Part shown: one piece after another, positions 14,001 through 28,316 of the stretch
Position numbering within the stretch: position 1 is the first letter of the stretch
Layout: each line of letters opens with the position of its first letter
DNA from: Tubulanus polymorphus
Taxonomy: Eukaryota; Animalia; Nemertea
Assembly: GCF_964204645.1 (NCBI RefSeq)
Contig: NC_134029.1
Coordinates: forward strand, 22,872,950-22,936,949
Direction of reading: 5' to 3'
Length of the DNA: 64,000 nucleotides
The notes under the pieces: generated by a model
Databases searched by the model: none
The model's input: only the letters and a program-made list of their open reading frames with translations
Told to the model about the DNA's origin: nothing
Translations under genes and position numbers: made by a program

Positions 14001-15875
14001 TGGTAAATTCGTTCTCTGACACAATAGATACTTATCGGAAAAATCTCCAAACGATGAAACATTGTTTGAAATCAACGTTCAGACCAAAAAAAAAAACGAT
14101 AGTTTTACGCACACGATATGTCGACGAGCAAATTTATCGAGCTTTCGACAAAATCGGGAAATTTTACAAAAATAAATAATATAAATGAATTAAGATGAAA
14201 GACAGTTTACTATTGTTTTCAATTGTTTTGAAATAGTGGAAGAACACTCAAAATGAGCATAAGCACGTTTTAGAAAAATTGATTTAAACCGTTTTAGATA
14301 TTTTAGAAAAAAAATGTTAAATGGTACTTACGGAGGAATGCTGACGACTATTAGCACCAAAGCAAATACATTCCGGAGGCACTCGTCTAGCCGTATAGCC
14401 ATCCCCGACACCTTGTTATGGATAACAACTGCATTACGATTCCATCGTTTTACCTGCCAATATACATAAATTTGTGGACTTACAAAACGACAGTTACTAA
14501 TACCATAAACAGCGTCTCGTGAACACAACGCTTAAAACCTGTATAATTAATGTCCAGACGAATCAACAGTCCCGGGCAAACACGCGTTACTCTCTGAGTT
14601 TGCCGCGAACGTTCTAACAGCGTCACTCGCTCATCCGCAAAAACTGCTGTAGATTATAGAAGTGCTTTGAAGAAGCGGCGCTTTCATTATGTTGTCGTTT
14701 GATAATTGGCCGCAGGTTCATCATATCGTAGCCGCATCGACTCTGCGTAACGTCTCTACACTGGTCGCGTACAACACGAGTGAATCCGGTGTGTCATTTT
14801 CATCGCGTTGGTGGCAAGTTCTGACCCGCGTCGATTATCTCGCGTTGGTTTAGAGACTTCGCCAGTATCTTCGCGTCGTTACTTAGACCAGTATAGAGCT
14901 GCTCTCGCTGCATCAGAAACAAGCGGAAAAGTCGCTATATCGATTGCCGGGCTTTTTATTGCGGTGTAGATGCATCAAAGAGACAACCGGCACGACTGTT
15001 TCATTGGTCAATTTAAACTAATTGACAGCAACATTTTCGAGGCGTAACTTGGCTGCCGATCATTGCCATTCTGGACATGACGGGTAAACAGATTGGTGAA
15101 TGGAAATTTAGTCCAATCAGTCAGATTTTGGCCCTAATATCTGTAATCTCACCTCCGTATCATGACACCAACGAAAAACGAAGTACACGTAGATTGAAGT
15201 GCCTCTTTATTACTCTTTGCCAATTACCAAAATTCTCGACCGAAATTTTAGTATCGCCATCAATAATTACGCGTACTTATTACAAACGTTGGAAAGCAAA
15301 ATCAAAAAGATCCACGAAGAAAATTACCTGCAACCTTCTTGGCTTGTTAATTTCAATATACCATGAGGTAACGCGTCGTAACTCAGTTCAAATTGTTAGA
15401 GCAGGTTTTTCATTCAAAAACCTCGCTAACGATTGGTTGAATTTCGACGACAGATGTCGCTAGAGGCTTCGTAAACTTTCGCGTTTTTTCTCAACGAAAG
15501 TGATTGGCTATGATTGGTTGTACTAGCGAGCTCTGCGATAGGGCAACGGAAACCCTCGGCATTGGTCAGTTTTATCAACAATCGATCGTGGTAGAATATT
15601 TTGGTCCGGCCGAATCCAGAGCTTAATAGTTTTTTACAAGTTCTAAATGTTCAAGGCGGCGCCGCTATTCTTGTTAATGCAGACAGTGACGAATTATAAA
15701 AACGTTGTTACTGGTGTCTGCGGTATCTGCAATGGTTTGATCTTATCATTATTTCCCTACTGTATCATGAAAACTGATTGCCATCCCTGCGAGAAATTCC
15801 TAATTATTTCTAATTGCAATAGACTAATTTAACAACCCGCTTACGCTAGACGAGGAATAATAAGCAAAATTCGGG

Positions 15876-15982
15876 CATCCTCCATCGGCAGGGATTCGAA
15901 CCTGATGGCGTCGAGATTGCCATAGTACGAGACGTGGAGTGTAGCGATGCCACCAGGTTCGAATCCCTGCCGGGGGAGGATG
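15876..15982. mobile_element. Palindromic repeat with a tRNA-type B-box in both arms (same family as 6059-6101)
   Basis: catcctccatcggcagggattcgaacctgatggcgtcg ... cgatgccaccaggttcgaatccctgccgggggaggatg form about 37-bp imperfect inverted arms. Confidence 0.6.
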
Positions 15983-18900
15983 TTCGGGGTTCATTTTACC
16001 AAGTTGCTGCGGGGAAGGAAAGCACTCAGGAAGCGATAGGTCTGTTGCCACAAGATTCCACACACCTTTCAACATACTGCCCTTTCGATTTTTGCTAGCA
16101 GGTTTAATCTCGAAAACAGTGGCGTTGAAAGTGGAATTAAAACTGTTCCAAAGGTGTTTTGATTTGTTTGTCAGTTTCCACCACGTAGTTCATGATGCGT
16201 GAGTGATGAAGTGTGAACATAGTGAATCAGCTGTTTACGAGGCATTTTGTTTAATGAATGTTATTCGAGTATCTGTCAATTTTGAACACCATGAACGCCC
16301 TATTAATTAACTAAATGGAGAACCCGTAAAGTCAACACTTTAATTCTTTGCTTTGATCTTATAAAAGCAATCCTTTCAACGATTTTTCGTTGTATTGGGA
16401 TAACATCGATGAATGTTGTTGTCGTTAAAAAAGATTAACCTTATTCTGTTTTGAAGCTGAAATAGAGCGACGGACAAAACAGAAACGATTTTCAGAACCG
16501 TTCAGTCAAGATCGAGTCTTAACGAGACGTTCATTTTCATTAATTTCATAAGGTATTTAATATTGAATAAGGGGCAAAATGATACGGAAGAATCGTGTTC
16601 TACAATATGATAAGAGCCTCCAAATCTAATTTTTGTCGATTTTAGCTCATTTTCATAATCACCTGCACTACTAAATTCAAACCATTTAGATGAATTTCAC
16701 AGAATAAAACTGTAAAAATGTAATAGAAGGTTTAATGAAATAATAGGTATGTTTATGTACCAGCTGAAACACTTAGGGGCATGAAATATATCGTTTAATG
16801 AATAAAATTCCACCTATAAATTGTTTAATAAGGTTGAATATTTGATCGAATAATTCATAGTGAAGTTCACCGGGTGTAAAATCGAGTCAAAAACTATACC
16901 ATGTGTTGCTATTTCGTCACGTGGCTCTGGAGAAAATGCGATCGTATTTCCGCCGTTTAGAGATAAGCCGAATTTGAATAAATTCAATCAGTTTTTTCTG
17001 GTGTTTTTCGAAAGTTGTCTTTTCGAAAGTTGCTCTTTTGGACAAGAGCGAAATCAGATATACGGAAACTCCTTTACAAGCTAATATCCGGTCACATGAC
17101 CCGAACAGATGCACGCGCAGACGACAGCTGTTTATATTTTATATAGTGTATGTGAAATATAAAGTTTTCATCGCAGCCATTTTTAGTTATTAGGCCAACA
17201 AGTTATGTATTTGGTCACAATTAGTCTAAAGCGGAAATCTATCACATCGTATTTGATTGGATCAACCGGCAATACGGCAGCGATGAGTCCATTGAAAATA
17301 TATGAATTCATTCTTAAATGCGACTGACTGGAATAAAGTTTGATTAACAGCATACTCAGACACATAGTCTGGTCTGTGTGAATTGAGTCTGATTTTGAAT
17401 CGTATATATATACGTCGATATTAGTGAAAGATTGATTATTTTCGCCCGTAAATAAAAATCGCTATAAATAAGTATGTTAATGATGCCTCCGGTAAAATGG
17501 ATCTACCGGCGATGAGATTAGAATCTATTGATTAACAGTTTAATTCCTACATTCAGTCATCGGTCGTTTGGTATAATTGATTCGCATGTTTTCGGAAACG
17601 GTGAAGTATTTATGAAGAGTTTGTCTCATCATATTACACGCATATCGAAAAGCGATTTTTGCGCGACATTTATGATAAATATGGTATATAGTGATGAATG
17701 TTGAACATAATGAGCCTTGACGTTCAATATAAGTAACTATATGTACGTAATTTTTTTCTCATTTTCTCGAAAATTGCTAAGAATGAATTAAATCTAAACC
17801 TATACATTATGATTTACTTTTAAGTCATTATAAATGTAGAAAGTGTATCGTCATTTATACATCGAGGCCAGAGTTTTACAGGACAAGTAAAATCATGCCT
17901 TGGACTTTAATACACTAATAATGGATAATTACATGTGTATTTATTTTACCACGTAAATAAAGCATTAACGGAACAAAATACTGTTTCTGTTTAATAAGGT
18001 ATTCGCGTAACCGGCACGTATTCCAGGCATAGTCGTCGAACTTTGTCTGTCGATCAGCCATGAGAGAGGTAATTACAAAAATGCGTGTGTTTCGTCTGAA
18101 AGGCGGGATATCTCAGCAAAAAGATGACCGCGTTTTGGGCACGGTCAGCGGGCGCATTGACTTATTGTTCGCGTTTCGGCGAAATTGACGTTCCACCAAA
18201 ACTGTGGATAACCGCGGAACATTGACGCGTGTACTCCGGCTGAGAGCACGAATATGACCGCCGGAAATTTACTGGGCCATTTTTACCGATCGCCACCGAG
18301 AATAAAGAGCTCTACAAGACTCGAGTATCCACTTCAGCTCCTCTTCGCTGGTTTTACAATATAGTTTCATTAAAGGTTTTCTAAAAACTAACTAAATTTC
18401 ATACAGCGATGAATTCCGACAAAACACTCCGTATGACACCTTTAATTGTATCATTAATGGCATAAATTAGTTTATTATCTGAGTTCCCGTTATATATACG
18501 TGTCATATGCTCATAGATTATCAATAGTTCGGCTTTTAGTATAGATATTTTTATATTTATTCTGACACGCTATAAATTCCAATGAAAACACCTCGGACGT
18601 TGCTAAGATCTTAGAATATATAATGTCTGCAAGGAAAGATTCATCATTTTACGCAATAAAACAGATTCACTTTATGAAATTGGCTAAAATCTTTACAATA
18701 TTAATCACATAAAATGCATTGAAACTTCGTCACGCAGTTCAAAGAACATCGTAGTTTTAATCTATTGCACGATTTCAAACGGAATAAATCGTATTTCGGA
18801 TGGATTTAAGACGCAGACAGAAATATAAAGAGCTCGAAGAACATTCCGGATATCGCTTTTCAAGCAAAAAATCGTAGAATTTATATTCAATTCATTTCCT

Positions 18901-21900
18901 CTGAAATATCATTCATCATTGGGTATCATTTATGAAGTTTCAAACACGTCGAACCGAGATAGAGTTAACAACTCATCTATCATTGGTGAGCGATAGTTCC
19001 GACCGACGCTGATAGTCGCGAGGCAAAACCTGTCCATGTTCAGGTATACGTGATAAGTTAAAAATCGTGCAAAGTGTCGAACGATCGCGAAACGGAATGC
19101 AAAATAATCAAAAGTGTCGCTTGTGAGACCAGATTTCTTGATACGATTTCCCTAATGAGGTTATCATATAGCAATACGTCATAGCGGTGACAATACAGAT
19201 ACCAAATCCCCCTAATACTAATTCACGTATTGGAGCTAACAAGCTTCTCATACTTTATGTCAAAAATAACTTTCGGCGACAATTTATAAAATCAAAACAT
19301 TTCATCTCAAGTGCGCGGTTGTGGTATGGGGAAAAAGATAAATTGCCCGGTGGTGATTTGCGGTTGATCGCTACTTTAGCTCGCTGGATGATGTAAACTA
19401 AAATTGGCATATAGAGTTCTGCGAGTATAAAGTGATAGCGAATGAACCGACGTCGAAGGTGGAAAAGGTTTGTAGAGGAAGAAATTAGCAGTGCTGCACG
19501 GTGGGAAATTACGTGTCCACGTCACTGAATCATCCGTCTATTTGCCCCGAGAGCGCTGCAATAATGAACGTAAGAAAATACCAATTTCCATATCATGTGC
19601 CTTGGAAAAAAATGGACTTGGATGCAGAATATACGTAACAGGCATGTATCCGCGCCATCTCGACTTCTCTTGTGATTTGTGTGATTGGTTGATTTGTAAC
19701 GACGCCGAATACGCCAAGGGCCATTCAATTGACTCCAAATGGTGATCGCCTGATGACAGCACGCAAGATGATTGAGCCAATACCAAAAGGATTAGACCCA
19801 ATTTTTCCTCAGTACACATTTACATGTATACATACGTAATCAATGCAAAAAAAACAGATATCGACGCGGCGGTTATGTAATACGAGGACGATTTAAGCAG
19901 ACGTTTCATGCAGGGACAACCAACAAATGTTATTTACTGCCGAACAGATTCGCTTGAATACATGTAATGATCATTTGATACGGACACCAATTTGCTATGA
20001 GACGATGTTAACAATGTTTTGTATATGATTCCAGTTGGAAGATGGCACGGACAATAAGCACAGATATGACTAAACGATTTAAGCGTCTGGAACTGAGAAA
20101 CGAAGTTAAGTACCAAATACGACCAGATGAATAGGAAGTACGTCAGAAGTTTCGAAGAAGCTGATCATTTTAGCTTTAAGGAGACGAAGAGAATCGTTCA
20201 TGTTATACGTCGAGTAACAAATACCCGATAATCAAAAATGGTGAATTTTGCAACTTTTAAGTATATATCAATTTTCAAAACGTATTCGAGGGGGGTAATG
20301 AATAAATTCAAATTAGCGTACTGCACATACGGTTCGCTGCTTAGTTATTGTTGCTTGACAGATCGACATTCAAAACTCTTATGAATTTCCAAAGACCGTT
20401 TGCTGAATTCTATAACGACACGTGTTTTATAATTGCTAACGTATAAATACGCGGGACACGCTTCGTAGATTAGAGCGCCGCTGTCAGAAATTAACTGATT
20501 ATCATTTTGACAAAACGAATCCTTACCCCGTACGGTGTTTTATGAAATAAAAGTACGCGTGCTATATGATAACACACGGGGAGGGAAAGAATCTCCTGCT
20601 GATTCTGTGATTGTAAATTCATCAAGAGCAATGGAGAAATTCAGACCGATTTCATACGGAATTTTAGATTCAGATTCATTAATGACGACGAACGTTCACA
20701 GTGATTCTTGTACGGACAATTCGTACTTAACATTCTTTAATTCTTTCTTTGGTGGAATAGCCGTCAATTATTTAAGTCATCGGATGTTCCCCAGGCGGTT
20801 TAATGGGAGAATTTTGAAGTCAGTATAGTTTTTGCTGGAATGCTCCGGTAGTTCGCTTTCTAACGACATGTTAGATTTCATAACAATTTAGTGAAACGTG
20901 CGCTCATAGTTCGGTAATTGCGGATCTTCTCGAACCGAATCAAGAAAATAGGCGCCACTTTGATCGATGGTTAGAGAGGTATATGACTTTTTATCAAAAA
21001 TTCTGTTTGAACTATCGCCTTAAAGCTACGCTTAAAGCTAAAAATTTTAAAGAAATAAACCCGAATTCATGAATGTCAGCGTTTCGGAAAATATTGAATT
21101 AGTCATGTTCTGGATATTGATTAGCCTGTTTCTATACTGACAAAGAATGGTGTCCAGAAACGAGGGTAATTCTATTCTGAAACAGTATGTGTTTGACGTA
21201 TCGGGGGCTGAGATGTTTGAGTGGTTTGGTTAATAAAGATTTCATATGTAAATACGAATGACATGTTTTCATATCCTGATCCCGAATCCGAGGAGCGAAT
21301 AGGAAATATAGCGGATGATAAACTCGATGTCTCTACTCAACTCGCATTCACAACAATCTTCGACACTTCTATGCCATTAAAACAAAAAATGCAATACTCA
21401 GGATTCGCTCTTTGACGAAATAAAATGTAAATCATTTTATTTTAGATGTCAAGCTCTGTATTGATATTAGGCTACGCTAATGGAATACTGAGAATGCCAC
21501 TTTTTTGATTTTCCACAAATAGACATTAGAAAATTCTGCTACGCGCTACGCATCGTGTGTTTTCCTTGTCAAAAGGTCAATTCAGTATAGAACTGAGATA
21601 GGGACCAATTAAACGAACAGCTTGAAGAGGTACTTATCAGAAAATGTTCCCTTAAAAACTTTTGTATATAGATTTACGCGAAATGATGAATTTATTTAAC
21701 GTGCAATTAGTATATTTTCATTCATTTCAACACAATACGAACTTTATTGCCGTTTAATGCAATTTAAGATGGTCGTATTAGTGCGAAAATATCAGTACTT
21801 AAATGCAGGATTCAACGGCTGAGAAAATGTTCTAATTCTATTAACCGAGGTTAACAAGTTGGGAATGTGAACTTTGATGTGGGCACGTAGTAAATCCTAT

Positions 21901-24900
21901 AGGATTAGCGAACTATTCCCCACCGGGTGTCGGGTTGTTGATGCATGACCACCGATAAATAAAAAGATACAGATCTTATTTTTAATGTAGGCCCTATCTT
22001 TGCGCTGTGGAGGATTTGTTGGTGAAACCGGAGTAACAATATTGATTAAATGTTTACGTCGTGTCACTTTTACTGATCTAAGTTCTCCCCACACGTTTGG
22101 TAACTGAATGACCTTAGTTGCAAGCCACAGAAATGCCTCCAAATTAATGGAAGCGTATAGTCGACACCTTTTAAAAATATCTGCCGCTTACGATCAGTGA
22201 CATTTACTTATCCAGGCAGTTTTGATATACCCGACTGGATATTGTTCAGGATTAGTCGGTATATTTTTTAGAAGCCCTTATTTGCAGACGAGAAACTCGT
22301 GAAAGAACAGTTTGCCACTGAACAGAAATAATGACTGAGTTTTTCACATGTGTTCGCTGTATACACGTACAGTGCAAGTACTCATCAACAACCGATCGAT
22401 TACAGATCTATATACTGTAGAATTGATAGAATTCAAATAAAATGGAAATAGTCGATCAGAAAATAATTACAAGAAAATATATACGGTATGAATAAAACTT
22501 ACGTGGTGTGTGGTGTATGATTCCTGTATATTATCACAGCTTGTCCATACGTTTTCCACATATAACGTATAGAATCTCCGTGAAATGCGAGATCAAATCT
22601 TATTTACGATGAATTGGTTCCGCGAAAATATTTATTCCGAACAATGTAATTATCTTAGTGCACTTTCAGCCAGTCCACGTATAAATTCCGTTATGGTCTT
22701 CTTGCAGAAAAACTGCTGTTACGAGTAAACAAGAGGCTCTCGTCCTGAAATACGCGGTCAGTTTGTCTAGATTCGACGAGGTTTTATGTATAGCTTGGCC
22801 ACTGAAATCACAACTGGAACTGTTAAACCGTAGAGCTCTGTGACTGTTCGCACCGCCCGCAATCAGCTAAACTGTAAATTACGCACACCCGCACGTCCAG
22901 CGGTATTTCATTCACAGTGCACAGTTCAATCTCTAAACCCGTTTTAATTCTTCAGAGCATTTCCAGGTGGTCACTAAGCAAATTAGTCAAGTGAACTTCA
23001 ATAATTTTTTGTAAGTCAAAACGATAGAGAAATAATAGCGCATTGTTCAAATATCCATAAAACATGTATATACTTCACGTCGTCATTTATTGTAAAATTA
23101 CATATTGCAATGATAGGTTATAATCAATGCACAGTCTGGCGATTACGATAGATCCTCTAATACTAAAAATGTAGTCCTGGCGCTAACTATTAATCCCAAC
23201 CTTCAATAACCACACGATCCGCCAAACGTTATCGAAACTGCATTTTGCGCTCAGTACGATTTCTATTCATCAAAACATTGATAACAACTTATCCGAACGA
23301 TGCCTCATTTCGTGATTAAAAACGTGTGTGGTTCAATGTTCGTAATCCTGCTATTCCTGTGACATCTCATCGTTCCTAAATCTATTATGTTCTCTGCAAG
23401 ATGAGACACGCATTCCTGCGCCGTTGCCTGAGGTCGGCTTTTGCTGGCTATCGATTCATTCCCTTCAAAAATGATCCTTAGGTTTATCACTTCGAAATAT
23501 CATTCTTGTTTTTGGATCTGTACGCTGTGTGCCGTGTGGAAAAACAATCCTTTGAGAGAGTTATGGATTTTAGTAAAAAATTCTGACTTCGAAAATAGTC
23601 GAAATCATCAAAAATAAAACTGCAAAAAAACCAATTGCACTGGGTTAAACAAATTTAAAACCTTTTAAACAATTTTTACGAAGAACGAAAGTGATCCGAA
23701 TGAATGAACATCGGAAGAATTTTTCTATTTATTGCATGTATCAGTTTTGATTGCAATGGTTTACAGGTGATAGCTAATGATACCTGGGCAAAACATTTCT
23801 CCATCAGTAGTTTGTGGAGACGGGAAATGGAGACCCCCAATAGCGTGAACATCCCCCGTATCTAATGCAAAACATATTTTCCTAGTCGAATTATAAAAGT
23901 ATTTACATACGAAATCTCTCTATCGTTCTTGATAATTCTAAAGGATTTTATTAGTTACTCACTCGGCGTAAAGCCCTTTATCGGGAGGTTATTATTCTAT
24001 CGTCGACTTCAATTTTCCGTCGGTTTACTCGTAACTGTCGCCTGCTGTCAAATTTAATTCCATCTAATTTAGATCTCGAAAAAATCGGACTAGAATTATC
24101 CCCAAAGTTATTTTCCTCAATTTGAAAATTTTCGAAAATATAAAAGGGCAATTCACAAACGCTCATATCATCAGTCGTTTCAGAATTATAGAAAATTGAC
24201 TTCCGTTGAAAGATTGCAACGATTTCAACTTCGAAATATTAAAAGAATATATATTTTTCTATCCGATACGTCATCGGGAAAATTCGGTATTACATAAATC
24301 TGTTGATGATATACATTAACGCGGCTAATTCGATGAAAGGCATAAACGATTCGAGAACTAAATTAATTACAAGTCATATTCGTTAACGAAGATGTAAACC
24401 GAATACGGACAATATCTCAGCCGCAACAACCATTAAGTAATTGCATTATCTATGATATTACTATGCATAAGGAGACTAATTTTCGCTCAGAGCTGTTCAT
24501 AAACTGTGACCGTTGCCAATAGGTTGATTTGCTATTTACCTCGTTCCATCATGAGCCCACTGTACATTATATAATTGTAACCCTTGCAGGCTCATCAGTA
24601 CATAATTCCTACAGTACAGTTGATGAACCTAAATAATGATAATATACGATAATCTACGGATGACGGTAAGCTTTATGTACATCGTTAGAATTGCTTTACT
24701 GCCATCTTCTACCATCCAGAGCTCTTCCAAATGCTCGTTCCAAAGTTATTAGCCATTCCACCGCGCGAATTTATCGATATGAAACGAAATGTTCGCAAGG
24801 CCCGGTTAAATTCAAAAGTATTTTGTCGAAAAGAAGAAATGTGAGACATACGTCAGCCTTTGGTCATACGAGTCATAAATCACATTCAAATGAAATAAAT

Positions 24901-26825
24901 TCATCGCTCTCTCCCGAAATGTCGGAATGACTGATCTACATTTTGCTAGGTCTGGGTCTCACAGAGATTGATTCGGCGTTTCATTTCAGGAAAATTTATG
25001 GCTCTTGAGCCATCGTTCATTTTGAAGAATTTCTAGGCTTGAATTTTATACAGACGGAATGTGAGAGAGAGAAAAGAGAGAAAGAAATCGATCCATTCGG
25101 CTGCCGTCTTTAAGTGACCTGAATGGTAACCGTTTTGTCGAGTGATCGTTCTCTTCGTCGGAGCAGACTCTGAAAATAGCGTTGATTTTGTTTTTGATAC
25201 GAGCTAAATTGGATAACTTCGTTTCTCCGACCAAAATGAAGCAATTCTATGAATGTTTCATGATTCTAGCGTAGTCGCCGCGGATTCGGCTTTTCAATGA
25301 ATCTTCTTTCACTGGATCGTTAGGGACGACGTCGCGCGCTTTCTCATCTAAGTAGATTCCAATCGGGCGGCTCCATAAAGACATTTACCTTCAGATCAGA
25401 CGTAATCTTTAACCGGCAAATCTTGAGCAGGCGCGCAATCGACGGGCAACATGACGTCACTTTTGCGGTTACCGCCGCCATTACGTATCAATTTCAGATG
25501 TCCAAACAATGTAAGATCATCGACCGAAATCTGATCGTAAATGTGATTTTACGGATATCAGAGATGCCGTTTGGTGACATTTATATAGAGACATTATGTC
25601 TGTACTCACATCTGGAATCTGAATGATATTTCACACACGAGTAATTGGGACCATAGACAGCAATTATTCGGGATATCAATTTAACGGGATATCAAATCAT
25701 TTTACTTAACCTGACGAAAATGTTCCCCACAAACCGAACAGCGTTGAAAGTGTTTTTCTTTGGAGAATTCAATGAGAAAAACGATTTTAAATCTAGTTAC
25801 TGGTTCCATCCTGTTTTCTAAGAAGTTGGATTGCCCCTTTAATTCCATAGAGAGAAAATTATCATCAGTCTCTCATCTTAGCGTCTTGAGCAGAAAGTCA
25901 CACTTCTAAGATACAGGTAATAGAGGCTTTATTTGTCTTCTTAAAAATTGCGTTTTGATCTTTAGGCGGCTGGTTCATGCGGTGCGAGAAAATATACACT
26001 TCAAAAGGTTTCGTATGGTTACTGATTTTGCCAGCGGTTCTGATAAAAGTTTTATGGCCAAATCTGCAAAACTAACTGTGAAAAAGGTGATGGAGATTGT
26101 AATTGCAGAGATTTTATATTTTCATCCAGGTACAAATGGAAGTTTGTTATTGTCAGACTATTCACAACAACGCGGTGTGAGGGGTGTAAATACAAATGCA
26201 AAGCTGAAAAGTGTCTGATTATCTTAATTTCATCCGTAATGAATACTACCCGGACACGCGTTAGCAAAACAAAGATGGACGTCTGAAACAACATGACTGA
26301 CTCTGTAGGAAAGCAAACAGCAGAACGGCATTCGAGAGAGGTTCGATCATCGCAAAATTGGTTCGTTAACTTATTCCAGATCGGCTTATTTATATACATG
26401 ATACATATTTTTGGCCACGGAATCTTCGCTGAAGCGCGAGTCGTTATCAACGCTAGAAATGTCTAGCAATGTCTAGTGTCACTGTCAGTAATTGGAAACA
26501 CGCTCTCACGATCGTCCCTGAATTAGGTAACCAAGGAAATGTTCAGATTTGGTCCCTTCAAAGAGATGTTACGAGTGGTAGAGGATTAACATATTGAGCT
26601 CATTTTACCTGATGACCTTCACCTCGATCGACTGACGGCGGTTGACCGAGTTTCCGGTCAATAACTGACTCTAGTTCGACTCCACTGATAAATAGGCAAG
26701 AATATGTAATTGTTACGAGTGATTTCAGAGAGCAGTTGATTTTTTGACGCAGTAAAAACCATAACGAATATGTTTTCGTATACATTATTAACTACGTTAC
26801 GTTATTCGAGGGATAGTGAGTGATT

Positions 26826-28316
26826 CGATGTGCACTTGAAGTCATCTAATCTACGATTACATTTGTGAATATTGGCATTTACTTTCTAATGAATTTGATT
26901 TCATGGCTCTCATTTTCTATTTGATGAATTTTCACGTCTTTTTGATAATTAATTGTAATGGAAATTAGGGTAGTGTGGAGGTGAATGCGCAATACGTCAT
27001 CAATATTGGGCCTAGACTGGTATCTATCTATCACCATTTTTCAAATGTCGACAATTAAATCGAATTAAATTGTCGATATGTCCGGCGAATATCAGGCCCA
27101 GTGTTGACAGTGAAACGCCATGCACCGCAGACGCGCTTTTGAGTCTTGGTATCAAATCCGTCTAGTTTTCCCTGTTATCTTATTATGGTCATTTAAGATT
27201 TATTAATTGTCGACGATATATATGTTATGTTTATCTTTCAGGCGTCAATAAACTTTTTTGAAAGCTTGTTTCTTGTTTACTAGATTTAAGCATATACTAC
27301 AACATAGCCAAGGTCGTGTTTATTAGATTAATAATTAACTTAATTATTGTCGCGAGTTGAAAAGATCATAATTCATCAACTTTCCCATAAAGTTGCGCGG
27401 TCCCTCGAGCATTTTTGATGTAAAACTATTGCGACTTAGGAGTTATCTCAATCGACGAATCTAGTTGACGCTAGAAGCCCTCCAACAAAATCGAATTAAT
27501 TAGTTTATTTGAACGAATGTCGACAAACAGTGGAAGATAAAAGCAGCAAAGACTGAGGAAATCACAGGTAAAGAATTTCACTTTTGTCTCGGTCTAATCG
27601 TATCTTGTCGGAAAATGCCCCGAAATATTGAACAATATTGAAATTAACTGAATTACACGTCACGGCGGCACTCGTGAATTTGTAATTGGTTCATAGAATC
27701 ACAACCACTGTATAATTAGTTTAATCCAATATCTTAAAACGACATACATCTTCAAGTTCGATATCGACAGGAGAGGGTTCGTTGACCGAAATTGACTCGA
27801 ATCACCAGCGTGTTTAATGACATTACAACCGCAGCCGGGCTCCTTCTCAGATGCGATGATCCCTACATGATTGCTTTACTTTCATATTCTGTATTCATCG
27901 TTTCAGTGTAATAAACTGGATAACTTTATTTGACGCCGTAAAAACCGTTACAATAATGTTTATATACATTGACAACTAGTATGAGGGGTTCTGTGCGAGT
28001 CGATGTGCACTACGTCATCAATATTGGCGCTTCAAAATAACTATTACAATTGTGAATTTCGCCATTTATTTTGTAACTAAATATATTTCATAAATCTTAT
28101 TTCACTTTTGATAGATTCTGATAATCATTTTTTGAGAGGATTTATACTACGTCATCAATATATCGGGGTTAGACTGGTTGCCAGTCAATTCAATTCAATC
28201 ATTGATATATTCGAATCTAAGATAACTCGATATTACATGTGTATGTAATTGATATCATCTTTCTATTGTCGACCGTATTAAAGTGTGTGTTGTTTTTCAA
28301 GGCGTCTATAAACTTT
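26826..28316. repeat. Diverged local duplication (about 26826-27256 versus 28001-28316)
   Basis: Colinear shared anchors cgatgtgcact, ttacaWttgtgaat, tacgtcatcaatat, tagactggt, ttgtcgac and tttca(a)ggcgtcWataaacttt. Confidence 0.55.

Noticed and set aside
15930-15982. tRNA gene suggested by GGTTCGAATCC
   Set aside because: No acceptor stem, D-arm or anticodon arm could be folded; it is part of a repeated palindrome.
26548-26561. miR-133-like string tttggtcccttcaa
   Set aside because: One C short of the mature sequence, the 3' half diverges, and no precursor hairpin is evident.
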